Origin: an uncultured Ruficoccus sp.
GTDB lineage: Bacteria > Verrucomicrobiota > Verrucomicrobiia > Opitutales > Cerasicoccaceae
Reading direction: 5' to 3'
Length of the DNA: 64,000 nt
NCBI GenBank assembly: GCA_965140785.1
Contig: OZ223484.1
Span: 1-64,000, forward strand
The notes below the pieces were generated by a model. That model was not told where the DNA came from. It did no database searches and saw nothing but the letters and a program-made list of their open reading frames with translations. The position numbers and the translations under genes are program-made. How positions within the stretch are numbered: the first letter of the stretch is position 1; each line of letters starts with the position of its first letter. Of the stretch, positions 11,583 through 21,810 are shown one piece after another.

Positions 11583-11721
11583 CTTCGGAGTAAGGGGTAA
11601 CAAGGGTACTTATTTCGCCCGCCCCAGCAGCAGTCCTCGGGCTGGGAAAGGCGTCCTGGCGGGCCATCCGCCCAATCAAGGCCATGGAGAGGCGTCGGTA
11701 ACCGCCAGGACGAGAGTGTGC

Positions 11722-12212
11722 TTAAAAAGCGTCAAATTCGATGACCTTGACGCGCTGCTTGGCCGCGTCGGCCGGGCGCCAATACCAGCCCTTGGGGTCC
11801 CAGGTCTGGGCAAAGGAGTAGTCATTCATCAATTTCTTATAATCGGCCAAAGCCTCCTTGGACTTACCCTGGGCTTCGTAGGCCTGCGCCCGAATGTAGA
11901 GGCAGGTGCCGACGTCGTTGAGCGCCCAGTACGAGGACGCCGTGTCGGCGGGGGCCGGTGCGGTCAGGCTGGCCTGCATCTCCGCCGCCTGGGCCGAGAA
12001 GAGCTCGATGCACTTGCCGGTATAGGCGTACACCAGGTCGTAATTTTTCTGAGCGAAAGCCTCCCAGGCCTTCGTCGTGAGGGTCTGTGAGCTGTAGTCG
12101 CCAAAATCCGGCTTGGGGGCCGGGGCCGCTTCCTGCGCCGAGGCTGCGGGAACCACCACGGGAGAAGAGCTGCGGTAACCAGGGTAAGGAAAAACGAGTG
12201 TAGGGTTTTCAT
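11722..12212 (-). CDS. Secreted TPR-like protein of beta-glucan loci, frameshifted near 12160
   Basis: Signal peptide MKTLHSFFLTLVTAALL (ORF 11964..12212) joins VVPAASAQ...DYSSQTLTTKAWEA...YWALNDVGTCLYI (ORF 11722..12159). Confidence 0.75.
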
Positions 12213-12259
12213 GATAAAAACAGCATCCTCTGGGCGGGCATTGCTGTCAAACTTTATTT

Positions 12260-12275
12260 TACAATTTTATGCAAT
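12260..12275. promoter_or_regulatory. Candidate operator TACAATTTTATGCAAT upstream of the TPR gene
   Basis: Near-identical to 13683..13698 and 21718..21733; next to a minus-strand TTGACA (12250..12245). Confidence 0.65.
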
Positions 12276-12534
12276 TTTTTGAATATTACATGACTTTAAA
12301 ATCCCCCAAAAAGCAGTAATTATCTCAGTTGACGAGCCCCCACAACGCCCGTGGGAACATCAAACTCATCACTCCGAGAAAAGTCGCACACATCCTACAA
12401 TACACCATGATCGGGCCCTCGACCACCCGAGTCGGTATTTCACCGAAAAAATCCCCCCAACCCCGCCGGGAGCGTTTAAAATCCAGGCCGGCAGCCGACC
12501 TGCCAAGCGTTGATGCAGTGCGCTCTGCCCCAAC

Positions 12535-13590
12535 TCAGGAGCGGGGCCTCGCCATCGTCTCGCCCTCGCGAATCTGGCACCCCAGCAGGATGTGCTGGGT
12601 GGGTCCGTAGCGCTTGCCCAGCAAGTCCTTGAGGCGGTTTGAGGCCACGTAGCCGATGTTGCGGTAAGGGATGCGGACCGTGCTCAACGGCTGGGCGTTG
12701 GTGGGAATATGAATACCGTCAAACCCCGTCACCGAGACATCCTGAGGCACCCGCAGGCCGCGTTTGCGAAGCTCCCGGATCAGGTCGTAGGCCTGGTGAT
12801 CGGCGGCGCAGACAAAGGCCGTCACCCCGTCCTGCACCCGCTCGGCTGCCATATCGAAGCTGTCCTCCAGCGACACCATCTTATTCGGATGGGTGTTGAT
12901 CATGTCGCGTTCGCGCATACGCAGGCCCATTTGGGTCATCTTTTCGACATAGGCGCCGAAACGGCGTAGCGACCAACTCGCCTCGATCGCATAGGCCTTC
13001 GAGTAGAAGCCGATCCGGCGGTGCCCCAGCTCGTGCAGGCGGTTCACAATCATTGCAACGCCCTGGTAGTGGTTAACATCCACGCAGTCCAGTTCGCCGG
13101 CCCCGCGCTGCTCCACCAGCGAGACACAGGGGTATTTAATCAGCAGCTGGTCGATCACCTCCCGCGGGAAGGGGTAAAGCAGCAGCAGCCCCGACCAGTG
13201 CCGCCCGACCGTACTGAACAGATCCGTATAGATCGGGTCATTAATCGAAGTCACCGAGGGATCGACGAAATGCACCGACATCCCGATCTTGGCCAACTGG
13301 CAGTACTCGGAGATCCCCTTGATCAGCAGGCGTCCCGGACTCTCGTAGTCGAGCCGGTGGTACTCCTCCTCGGAAGTGCAGACCAGCACGCCGTAAATCG
13401 GGCGCGAGCGCTTCCCGCCGGCCTTATTGGCCCGCATAACCATATGATTATAACCCAGTTTCGAAGCCAGCTCGAACACCCGCGCTCGCGTCTCCGGATT
13501 GATCCCGGGGTGATTCGTAAAGCAGCGCGACACGGTCGCACGCGATAAATTCAACGCTTCGGCTATCTCCTGTTGGTTCACTTGCTTCAT
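12535..13590 (-). CDS. LacI family transcriptional regulator
   Basis: N-terminal HTH QQEIAEALNLSRATVSR; C-terminal RVPQDVSVTGFDG. Confidence 0.93.
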   Translation of the reverse strand: MKQVNQQEIAEALNLSRATVSRCFTNHPGINPETRARVFELASKLGYNHMVMRANKAGGKRSRPIYGVLVCTSEEEYHRLDYESPGRLLIKGISEYCQLAKIGMSVHFVDPSVTSINDPIYTDLFSTVGRHWSGLLLLYPFPREVIDQLLIKYPCVSLVEQRGAGELDCVDVNHYQGVAMIVNRLHELGHRRIGFYSKAYAIEASWSLRRFGAYVEKMTQMGLRMRERDMINTHPNKMVSLEDSFDMAAERVQDGVTAFVCAADHQAYDLIRELRKRGLRVPQDVSVTGFDGIHIPTNAQPLSTVRIPYRNIGYVASNRLKDLLGKRYGPTQHILLGCQIREGETMARPRS

Positions 13591-13594
13591 CGGT

Positions 13595-13611
13595 GGGGGG
13601 GGGGGGGGGGG
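13595..13611. repeat. G17 homopolymer (C17 on the lacI strand) 4 nt upstream of the lacI ATG
   Basis: Read directly from the sequence. Confidence 0.85.
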
Positions 13612-13636
13612 AATTGCGCCGACTTTTTAATTATTT

Positions 13637-13698
13637 TGCGATTTAATGCAACTTTTTAAGCAAAAGGCTTGACTATTTACTGTGCAATTTTATGCAAT
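13637..13698. promoter_or_regulatory. Divergent promoter region: operators at 13637..13652 and 13683..13698, sigma70-like TTGACT (13669) with TGCAAT (13693)
   Basis: TGCGATTTAATGCAAC and TGCAATTTTATGCAAT; the second overlaps the putative -10. Confidence 0.6.
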
Positions 13699-13704
13699 AT
13701 ACAC

Positions 13705-15018
13705 ATGTCCCGACTTACCCTTACCCTCTTCCTGATTTTCGCGCCCCTCTTAGCGCAAGCCTACGGCCCGGCGCAAACGGCGGGGGACAACACCCCCAGC
13801 CACGTCGAAGTTAAGTCCCTGCCCGGAGGCCGCTACGAACTGCTGGTAAACGGCCAGCCCTTCTTCGGCAAAGGCGTGGGCGGCTACAACAACCTGCTTA
13901 TGCTCAAGAAGATGGGCGGCAATTGCTTTCGCACCTGGGGCATCGAATCCCTGAAAGAGCAGATCGACGGTAAGCCCCTCCTCGACTACGCTCAGGAGCT
14001 GGGCCTGAAGGTCGTCGTCGGCATCTGGATCGGCCACGAGCGGCATGGTTTCAATTACAAGGACAGCCGCCAGGTGCGCGAACAGCGCGAAGCCGTCATG
14101 GACGCCGTGCGCAAGTATAAGAACCACCCCGCCGTCCTGATGTGGGGCCTGGGCAATGAGATGGAAGGTCCGATCTCCGACGGCAGCCAGATCCGCATCT
14201 GGAAGGAACTCAACACGCTGGCCGAAATGATCAAGAAGGAGGACAGCAACCACCCTGTCATGACCGTCATCGCCGGTATCGGTGGCGACAAGGTCAAAAA
14301 TATTATCCGCTACTACCCCGAGATTGATGTGCTGGGCGTCAACGCCTATGCCAGCGCGCCGGGCGTGGGCGGCGGTCTCGTCTCCCAGGGCTGGGAAAAG
14401 CCTTTCATGCTGACCGAGTTCGGCCCCTCCGGCCACTGGGAAGTCGGCAAGACATCCTGGGGCGCTCCGCTGGAGCCGACCAGCCAGGAAAAGGCCGCCT
14501 CCTACTACAGCACGCACACCCGCGTGGTGGAGGAAGGCGCGGGCCGGTGCCTGGGGACCTTCGCTTTTCTGTGGAGCAACAAGCAGGAGACCACATCCAC
14601 CTGGTACGGCATGTTCCTGCCCAGTGGCGAAAAGCTCGGCACCGTGGATGCCATGAGCTACGCCTGGACGGGTGAATTTCCGGACAACCGCAGCCCGAAG
14701 CTGAGCTCGCTCGACTCGGCCGCCGCCGAGAAGCGTATTCGCCGCGGCAGCACCCAGACCGCCACCGTCCAGGTGGAGGACCCCGAGGGTGACCCGCTCC
14801 AGTACGAGTGGGTCGTCATGGCCGAAAGCACCGACCGGGCGGTCGGCGGCGACCACGAGTCCACCCCGCCCTCTTTCCCCAACCTGATCGAGAAGAACGA
14901 CGGCGCCACTGTGACCTTCCGTGCGCCGAGTAAGAACGGCCCGTATCGCCTCTTTGTCTATGTGCGCGATAACGCCGGCGGAGCCGCCACCGCAAACTTC
15001 CCCTTTTACGTCGAGTAA
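13705..15018 (+). CDS. Secreted clan GH-A glycoside hydrolase, GH158-like (GH2 TIM-barrel-like) endo-beta-1,3-glucanase with C-terminal Ig/PKD-like domain
   Basis: Signal peptide from ATG 13705; RTWG, HERHGFNY, WGLGNEM (acid/base), LTEFGP (nucleophile); context with GH149/GH30. Confidence 0.75.
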   Translation: MSRLTLTLFLIFAPLLAQAYGPAQTAGDNTPSHVEVKSLPGGRYELLVNGQPFFGKGVGGYNNLLMLKKMGGNCFRTWGIESLKEQIDGKPLLDYAQELGLKVVVGIWIGHERHGFNYKDSRQVREQREAVMDAVRKYKNHPAVLMWGLGNEMEGPISDGSQIRIWKELNTLAEMIKKEDSNHPVMTVIAGIGGDKVKNIIRYYPEIDVLGVNAYASAPGVGGGLVSQGWEKPFMLTEFGPSGHWEVGKTSWGAPLEPTSQEKAASYYSTHTRVVEEGAGRCLGTFAFLWSNKQETTSTWYGMFLPSGEKLGTVDAMSYAWTGEFPDNRSPKLSSLDSAAAEKRIRRGSTQTATVQVEDPEGDPLQYEWVVMAESTDRAVGGDHESTPPSFPNLIEKNDGATVTFRAPSKNGPYRLFVYVRDNAGGAATANFPFYVE

Positions 15019-15057
15019 TTACCCGGCAGCCCCGACTGCCCAACCGTTTTAACGGCC

Positions 15058-18000
15058 ATGACCACGCAGACTTTTCCCCGCAGCGATCTGTCGTCCCCGG
15101 CGACTTCCGACGCGCCCGCCTCCCCTCAGGCCAATACCTTTGTCGACCGGGATGGGGAGCGCTTCCAGTGCATCGATCACGTCGAGCAGATGCCGCCGTT
15201 TTTCTTCAGCGTGGTCAGTCCGGGGGACCATTGGATGTTCGCGGCCAGCAATGGCGCGCTCAGTGCCGGGCGTGGCTCGCCCGACACTGCACTGTTCCCC
15301 TACTACACGGTGGACAAGATCATCGACAACTGGAACAGCACCGGCCCGCAAACGTACATCGTGGCTGACGGTGAACGCTGGGAGCCCTTCAAGCCCTACG
15401 CCCGCCTTCAACACCCGGTCAACCAGCGCCTGCTCAAGAGCATCAACGGCGACACGGTTGTCTTCGAGGAAACCAACCTGACCCTGCAACTGCGCTTCAG
15501 CTACAGCTGGCAGACCTCCGAGCACTTCGGCTTCATCCGCCGGGTGGAGCTGACCAACCTCGACGCCCGCCAGCGCGAGGTCTGCGTCGTGGACGGCATC
15601 TGCAACTTCATGCCCGCCGGACTCGATGCGCGCACGCAACTGCACTACAGCTGCCTCGGCGACGCCTACAAGCTCAGCGAACTCGACCCGGGCCGCCAGT
15701 TGCTCGTGCACCGCATGGCCTCAGCCCTGATTGACGAGGCCGTCCCCATGGAGTGCCTGCTGGCCACCACCGTCTGGTCCCACGGGTGGCCCGAGAGCCG
15801 CATCCTCCTCAAGCACGAGGAGGCCGAAGCCTTCTTAAACGACCGCAATTTCCAGGGCTCGCCGAATGTCCGCGCCGCCCGCGGCTGCTTCTTGAACGCG
15901 GGCCGCTTCACCCTCGAACCCGAAGCTACCAAGACCTGGGCACAGGTCGCGGACATCAATCAGAGCCAGCGGCAGATCGCCGATACCCACGCCCGGCTTG
16001 AGCAGCCCGCGGCCCTGTGGGACGAGGTCCGCACTGACATCGCCCGCGGCCACCGCAGCCTCGACGCGCTCGTGGCCACCGCTGACGGCCAGCAGGTCTC
16101 CGAGGAGGAAGCCGTTACTGCCCACCACCGGGCCAACGTCCTCTTCAACATCATGCGCGGCGGTGTATTCGCCAATCACTACAAGATCAATCACACCCTT
16201 CTGCTGCGTTATTTGGACGTGCACCACCCCAAGCTCACCTGCACGCACCGGCGCTGGCTGGAGAACCTGCCCGAGACGATCGACTTTCCCGATCTGGTCG
16301 AGCGCGCCCGCATCGAGATGGGCGAGCCGCTGGCCCGCCTCTGCCAGGAGTATCTGCCGCTGACATTCAGCCGCCGCCACGGCGACCCGAGCCGCCCCTG
16401 GAACCGCTTCACCATCAAGACGCAGGACGAGTCCGGCCACCCCATCGTCGGCTTTCAAGGCAACTGGCGCGACATCTTCCAGAACTGGGAGGCGCTCGCC
16501 TGGAGTTTCCCGCACTACAACGAGGCCTTCCTGACCAAGTTCCTCAACGCCTCCACCGCCGACGGTTACAACCCCTACCGCATCACCTCCGAGGGGATCG
16601 AGTGGGAGAAGCCCGACCCGAACGACCCCTGGGCCTCCATCGGCTACTGGGGCGACCACCAGATCATTTACCTGCTCAAGCTGCTTGAGTTCGCTTACGA
16701 CTTCGACGCCGACAGCCTGAAGCGCCGACTGGGCGAAGCCCACTATGTCTTCGCCGATGTGCCCTACGAGATCAAGCCCTTCGAGCAGTTGGAGGTCGAT
16801 CCGAACCACTCCATTTATTTTAACGAGAAACGCGACCGGGAGATCACCGAACGGGTGAAGCACGAAGGGGCCGACGGCAAGCTCGTCCATAACGAGGCCG
16901 GGCAGTTCGTCCAGGCCACCCTGCTGGAAAAGCTCCTCATCCCCCTGGCGGTCAAGCTGAGCAACTTTGTGCCCGGCGGCGGCATCTGGATGAACACCCA
17001 GCGGCCCGAGTGGAACGACGCCAATAACGCGCTGGCTGGCTTCGGCCTGTCCATGGTCACGACTGCCTACCTGCACCGCTACATCGGCTTCCTGGAAAAG
17101 CTGCTTGATTCGGCCAGCGGCGAGTTCGCCTGCCACGAGAGCCTGGAGCAATTCATCGGGCAGCTCGACGCCTTTTTTCAGTCCGCCCCGCTCACCGGGG
17201 AAGACGCTTCCGCCGAGGCCACCTACGCCGCCGTCCAAGCTCTCGGCAAAGCCGGGGAGCAGTACCGTGCGCGCATCTACCGGGGCGACTTCGGCGAGCA
17301 GGTCCGGATGGATTTTTCGCAGCTAAAAACTTTCCTCAGCCACGCACGGGCGCATCTGCTCGGCAGTATCCAGACCAATGCCCGCGAAGACGGGCTCACC
17401 CACTCCTACAACGTCCTCCACCTCAACCCCGGCCAGCAAACCGCCACGGTCGAACGGTTGGGATTAATGCTGGAGGGCCAGGTGGCGGTGCTCAGTTCGG
17501 GCGCCATTTCCCCCCGGGAGGCTGTCCGCCTGCTGACCGCGCTCGCCCGCAGTCCCCTGTACTGCCCGCAGCGCAAGAGCTACATCCTCTATACGGACAA
17601 GTCGCTCCCGCTCTTCCTGCAAACCAACCGGGTGGAGCCCGCGGACGCCCTGCGCATCCCGCTGCTCAAGGCCCTGAATGAGAGCCAAGACAGCACGCTG
17701 CTGCTCGACTCCCCCTCGGAGAACTGCCTGCGTTTTCATCCCGCCCTGGTCAACCGCTTCGCGTTGGAAGCCCAGCTTGACAATCTGGCCACCGACAAGG
17801 TCTGGACGGACCTCATCGCCACCGACCGCGCCGCCGTGCTGGCGCTGTACGAGAGCACGTTTAACCACCGCTCCTTCACCGGGCGCAGCGGCTCGATGTT
17901 CGCCTACGAAGGGCTCGGCAGTATCTACTGGCACATGGTTTCCAAGCTCATGCTGGCCGCCGCCGAACTGGCCTTGAAGGCCGCTCGCGAGGGCGAGACC

Positions 18001-18516
18001 GAAACCTTCCACGCCCTGCGCCAGCACTACTACGCGATTCAGAACGGCCTCGGCTTCCGCAAGACACCACAGGAGTACGGCGCGTTTCCCGCCGATGCCT
18101 ACTCACACACCCCCGCCCACACCGGGGCCCAGCAGCCCGGCCTGACGGGCATGGTCAAGGAGGGCATCCTGTGCCGCTTTGCCGAACTGGGCGTCAGCTA
18201 CCGCAACGGCAAGATCGTCTTTCATCCGCGCCTGCTACGCGACGAGGAATTCCTCAGTGAACCGGCCCCCTGCGAGCTCATCACCGCCAGTGGCGAACGC
18301 GAAAAGCTAAACGTCCCCGCCGGCGGGTTGCTCTTCACCCTGGCTCAAACGCCGATTATCTACCGCCGTAGCGGAGAAGGCCCGCGTATGGAAGTCCTCC
18401 TCAGTGACGGCTCCAGCCGCATCGTCTCCTCGGATACACTGCCGGCCGACCTCGCCACCGAGTTGGTCAACCGCACCGGTTTGATCACCCGCATTGAATT
18501 GAGTTTCCCCCACTAA
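15058..18516 (+). CDS. GH149-like beta-1,3-glucan phosphorylase
   Basis: 1152 aa, no signal peptide; FSRRHGDPSRPWNRF, QGNWRDIFQNWEAL, NTQRPEWNDANNAL, YEGLGSIYWHMVSKL. Confidence 0.8.
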   Translation: MTTQTFPRSDLSSPATSDAPASPQANTFVDRDGERFQCIDHVEQMPPFFFSVVSPGDHWMFAASNGALSAGRGSPDTALFPYYTVDKIIDNWNSTGPQTYIVADGERWEPFKPYARLQHPVNQRLLKSINGDTVVFEETNLTLQLRFSYSWQTSEHFGFIRRVELTNLDARQREVCVVDGICNFMPAGLDARTQLHYSCLGDAYKLSELDPGRQLLVHRMASALIDEAVPMECLLATTVWSHGWPESRILLKHEEAEAFLNDRNFQGSPNVRAARGCFLNAGRFTLEPEATKTWAQVADINQSQRQIADTHARLEQPAALWDEVRTDIARGHRSLDALVATADGQQVSEEEAVTAHHRANVLFNIMRGGVFANHYKINHTLLLRYLDVHHPKLTCTHRRWLENLPETIDFPDLVERARIEMGEPLARLCQEYLPLTFSRRHGDPSRPWNRFTIKTQDESGHPIVGFQGNWRDIFQNWEALAWSFPHYNEAFLTKFLNASTADGYNPYRITSEGIEWEKPDPNDPWASIGYWGDHQIIYLLKLLEFAYDFDADSLKRRLGEAHYVFADVPYEIKPFEQLEVDPNHSIYFNEKRDREITERVKHEGADGKLVHNEAGQFVQATLLEKLLIPLAVKLSNFVPGGGIWMNTQRPEWNDANNALAGFGLSMVTTAYLHRYIGFLEKLLDSASGEFACHESLEQFIGQLDAFFQSAPLTGEDASAEATYAAVQALGKAGEQYRARIYRGDFGEQVRMDFSQLKTFLSHARAHLLGSIQTNAREDGLTHSYNVLHLNPGQQTATVERLGLMLEGQVAVLSSGAISPREAVRLLTALARSPLYCPQRKSYILYTDKSLPLFLQTNRVEPADALRIPLLKALNESQDSTLLLDSPSENCLRFHPALVNRFALEAQLDNLATDKVWTDLIATDRAAVLALYESTFNHRSFTGRSGSMFAYEGLGSIYWHMVSKLMLAAAELALKAAREGETETFHALRQHYYAIQNGLGFRKTPQEYGAFPADAYSHTPAHTGAQQPGLTGMVKEGILCRFAELGVSYRNGKIVFHPRLLRDEEFLSEPAPCELITASGEREKLNVPAGGLLFTLAQTPIIYRRSGEGPRMEVLLSDGSSRIVSSDTLPADLATELVNRTGLITRIELSFPH

Positions 18517-18543
18517 GCCTTCACCCTTTCCCTGCCCCTGCTC

Positions 18544-19953
18544 GTGAGCACCCACCCCGTCAGCACTTCCCAGGCCCGGCTCTCCGTCGGGGAGAAAGTC
18601 GGTTACGGACTCGGCGATACCGCGTCCAATATCTTCTTTCAGTTCATCAACATTTTCCTGCTCTACTACTACACGGATGTGTTCGGGCTCTCGCCCGCGG
18701 CGGTGGGGACTATGTTCGTGGTGGCGCGGTTCTGGGACGCGGTCAACGACCCCCTGATGGGCGCCGTGGCCGACCGCACGCAGACCCGCCTGGGCAAGTA
18801 CCGGCCCTACCTGCTGTGGATGGCCGTGCCCTTCGGGCTGCTGGGCTACCTCGCCTTCGCCAATCCCGACCTGAACCAGGCCGGCAAGCTCATTTACGCC
18901 TACGCCACTTACATCGGCCTGATGATGGTTTACACCGCCATCAACGTGCCCTACTCCGCCCTCATGGGCGTGATGACGCCCAGCTCGGAGGAGCGCACCT
19001 CGCTCTCCAGCTACCGCTTCGTCGGAGCCTTTTCCGGCATGCTGCTGATTTCGCTCAGCGTGCGTCCGCTGGTGCGTGTCCTCGGCGGCGGGGACGAGGC
19101 CACGGGCTTTAAGCTCACCATGGCGCTGCTCTCGGTCATCGCGGTGGTGTTCTTCCTCATCACCTTCGCCACCACCCGCGAGCGCATCAAGCCCCAGGCA
19201 CCCAGCAAAGATCAGAGCCTGGCCAAGGACATCAAGTTCCTCCTGAAAAATCGCCCCTGGGTCATCATGGTCATCGCCGCCATCCTGACCCTGTCCAACG
19301 TCGCCGTCCGCGCCGCCGTGACCAACCACTTTTTCAAATACTACGTGGGAGACTCCGGCGAGCCGGTTTTGTGGTTCCTCGACAAAACCTCGCTCCTGCT
19401 CTCCTCCGGCGCGCTCGCCTTCATCGTCGGGATTTGCTTCACCACCGTACTGAGCAAGAAGTTCGGCAAGCGCAACGCGCTCATGTGGCTGACCATTCTA
19501 AACGGCCTGAGCTTCCTCGGCTTTTACTTCATCCCGGCGCAGGAGTACGGGCTCATGCTCGCGATCAATATCCTGGGCAACCTGTTGGCCGGCCCCACCC
19601 CCGCCCTGGTCTGGTCCATTTACACCGATGTGGCCGATTACGGGGAGTGGCGCTTCGGCCGTCGCACGACCGGACTGGTCTTTTCCGCCGCCATGTTCGC
19701 CCAGAAGATGGGCTTGACCGTGGGCGGAGGCGTTTCGGGCTGGCTGCTGGGGTATTTCGGCTTCGTGGCCAACGAGCAGCAGAGCGGCACCGCCATTCTC
19801 GGCATCCGTCTGATGTTCTCCGTCCTGCCCGGAGTGCTCGGCATCGCCAACGGAATTATCCTCCTGTGGTATCCTCTTACCGACGACCACGTGGCCGAGA
19901 TCGAAAAGGATCTGGCCCAGCGCCGCGCCCTCAGCGAAGCCCCCGCCGTGTGA
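18544..19953 (+). CDS. MFS glycoside-pentoside-hexuronide (GPH):cation symporter
   Basis: EKVGYGLGD, WDAVNDPLMG..ADRT..GKYRPY, DVADYGEWR; about 12 TM segments. Confidence 0.93.
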   Translation: MSTHPVSTSQARLSVGEKVGYGLGDTASNIFFQFINIFLLYYYTDVFGLSPAAVGTMFVVARFWDAVNDPLMGAVADRTQTRLGKYRPYLLWMAVPFGLLGYLAFANPDLNQAGKLIYAYATYIGLMMVYTAINVPYSALMGVMTPSSEERTSLSSYRFVGAFSGMLLISLSVRPLVRVLGGGDEATGFKLTMALLSVIAVVFFLITFATTRERIKPQAPSKDQSLAKDIKFLLKNRPWVIMVIAAILTLSNVAVRAAVTNHFFKYYVGDSGEPVLWFLDKTSLLLSSGALAFIVGICFTTVLSKKFGKRNALMWLTILNGLSFLGFYFIPAQEYGLMLAINILGNLLAGPTPALVWSIYTDVADYGEWRFGRRTTGLVFSAAMFAQKMGLTVGGGVSGWLLGYFGFVANEQQSGTAILGIRLMFSVLPGVLGIANGIILLWYPLTDDHVAEIEKDLAQRRALSEAPAV

Positions 19954-19973
19954 ACCACCCTCCTCCTTTACCC

Positions 19974-21524
19974 ATGAAAACGACATCCCATCCCTCCCCT
20001 TCCTTCCGTGCCGGGGCCGCACTCAAGCTCGCTGCCGGTGCCGCCCTCCTCAGTCAAAGCGCCCTGCTTCAGGCCGCCTCACCCGCTATGGAAATTTACC
20101 AGACCAGTCGCCAGGGCGACCGCATGGACAAGGTCGAGCCGGGCCCGTCCACCGGCACGCCCGCCTACACCCTGACGCTCAAGCCACAGGAAACCTACCA
20201 GACGCTGATCGGCATCGGCGGCTCCTTCACCGAGTCCGCCGGGCAAGTCTTGAGCGAGCTTTCCGCGCCCCGGCGCGAGAGCGTCCTGCGGGCCTGCTTC
20301 GCGGCCAGCGGTGCCAGCTACTCGCTGACCCGCACGCACATCGGCAGTTGCGACTTCTCCGTCACCAACTACACCTACGCGCCCGTTCCCGGTGACGAGC
20401 GGCTGGAGCACTTCTCCATCGAGCCGGACCGCAAGTACCTCCTGCCCATGATCAAGGAGGCCCAGAAAATGCCCGGCGCCGACTTCAAGATCCTCGCCTC
20501 GCCGTGGACCGCCCCGCCGTGGATGAAGACCAACAACACCTGGAACGGCGGCTACCTCAAACGCGAGCATTACCAGACCTTCGCCGACTACATCGTCAAG
20601 TACATCGAGGCCTACGAGGCAGAGGGCATTCCGATCTGGGGCGTCACCCCGGAGAACGAGCCCCTCGGCAACGGCAACAACTGGGAGAGCATGCACATGT
20701 CACCCCAGGATGAGCGCGACTACATCGCCAACAACCTCGGGCCGACGCTGAAAAAGGAGGCCCCGGACGTCACCATCTGGGCTTACGACCAGAACCGCGG
20801 GGACGAGCTGGTCAAGTGGGCCAAAGTCATCCTCGGCGACCCCAACAGCGCCAAGTACGTGGACGGCATGGCCGTGCACTGGTACCAGAGCACGATCTCC
20901 GTCGATGAGGAATCGCTCGACCAGGTACACAAGGATTTCCCGACCAAAAAGGTCCTCCACTCCGAGGGCTGCATCGACGCCATGGGCGACGACGAGGAGA
21001 TCGGCGTGTGGCTGGAGGACGACTGGTACTGGCGCCCGGAAGCCTCCGACTGGGGCTATATCTGGGCCGCCGATGACCAGAAAAAGGATCACCCCAAGTA
21101 CCGCCCCTTCTACCGCGTGGCCCGCGACCTGATCGGTGGGTTCAACCACCACCTCGTCGGCTGGGTGGACTGGAACCTCGCCCTCAACACCCGCGGCGGC
21201 CCCAACCACGCCCGCAACTTCTGCCTGGCACCCATCCTCGTGGACAGCGGCCACGACAAGGTGTACTTCACGCCGCTCTTTTACGCCATCGCACACTTCA
21301 GTAAGTTCATGCGCCCCGGCGCCGTGCGCATCGGCCTCGACGGCCACGACGACACCTTCATGGCGACCGCCTTCCAGAACCCGGACCGCTCCATCGCCGT
21401 CGCCGTCTTCAACACGCAAGAGAAATTGCAAACCTACGCAATCAATCTGCCCGGCTACGACCCCGTCCAGATCAACATCCCGGGCCAGGCCCTGCAAACC
21501 GTCGTCCTGAGTAAAAGCCAATAA
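19974..21524 (+). CDS. Secreted GH30 glycoside hydrolase (glucosylceramidase-like; probably laminarin debranching)
   Basis: Signal peptide from ATG 19974; RTHIGSCDFS, ASPWTAPPWMK, ENEP, AVHWY, HSEGC, WVDWNL. Confidence 0.88.
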   Translation: MKTTSHPSPSFRAGAALKLAAGAALLSQSALLQAASPAMEIYQTSRQGDRMDKVEPGPSTGTPAYTLTLKPQETYQTLIGIGGSFTESAGQVLSELSAPRRESVLRACFAASGASYSLTRTHIGSCDFSVTNYTYAPVPGDERLEHFSIEPDRKYLLPMIKEAQKMPGADFKILASPWTAPPWMKTNNTWNGGYLKREHYQTFADYIVKYIEAYEAEGIPIWGVTPENEPLGNGNNWESMHMSPQDERDYIANNLGPTLKKEAPDVTIWAYDQNRGDELVKWAKVILGDPNSAKYVDGMAVHWYQSTISVDEESLDQVHKDFPTKKVLHSEGCIDAMGDDEEIGVWLEDDWYWRPEASDWGYIWAADDQKKDHPKYRPFYRVARDLIGGFNHHLVGWVDWNLALNTRGGPNHARNFCLAPILVDSGHDKVYFTPLFYAIAHFSKFMRPGAVRIGLDGHDDTFMATAFQNPDRSIAVAVFNTQEKLQTYAINLPGYDPVQINIPGQALQTVVLSKSQ

Positions 21525-21717
21525 CATACACGAGTTTTTCCACAGACTGCATTACCGGGGGGTACGGCAGTTCTGGGGTTCCCGGCGGCCGGGCGAATAT
21601 GAGCAAGACGCGCCCGGCCGCTCCCCCTTTTTTCACTGAAAGTCCTCCCTTAAACCTTCTGAAATACCCCATTATCCACCCTCAGACCGCTTGGGATAAG
21701 GCCAATCAGTTAAATCA

Positions 21718-21733
21718 TGTAATTTTATGCAAT
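21718..21733. promoter_or_regulatory. Candidate operator TGTAATTTTATGCAAT upstream of the PEP-CTERM gene
   Basis: 15/16 identical to 13683..13698; TTGACA follows at 21740. Confidence 0.65.
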
Positions 21734-21810
21734 TATTGATTGACACCCGATTGTTCCGATATTTCCATTAATGTAGTTTAGCTTACAGAACCCCCTTACC
21801 TACGCCCAAC

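Noticed and set aside
19371..19973. N-terminal extension of the GH30 ORF (717 aa in the track)
   Set aside because: Overlaps the GPH permease in another frame; the signal peptide starts at ATG 19974.
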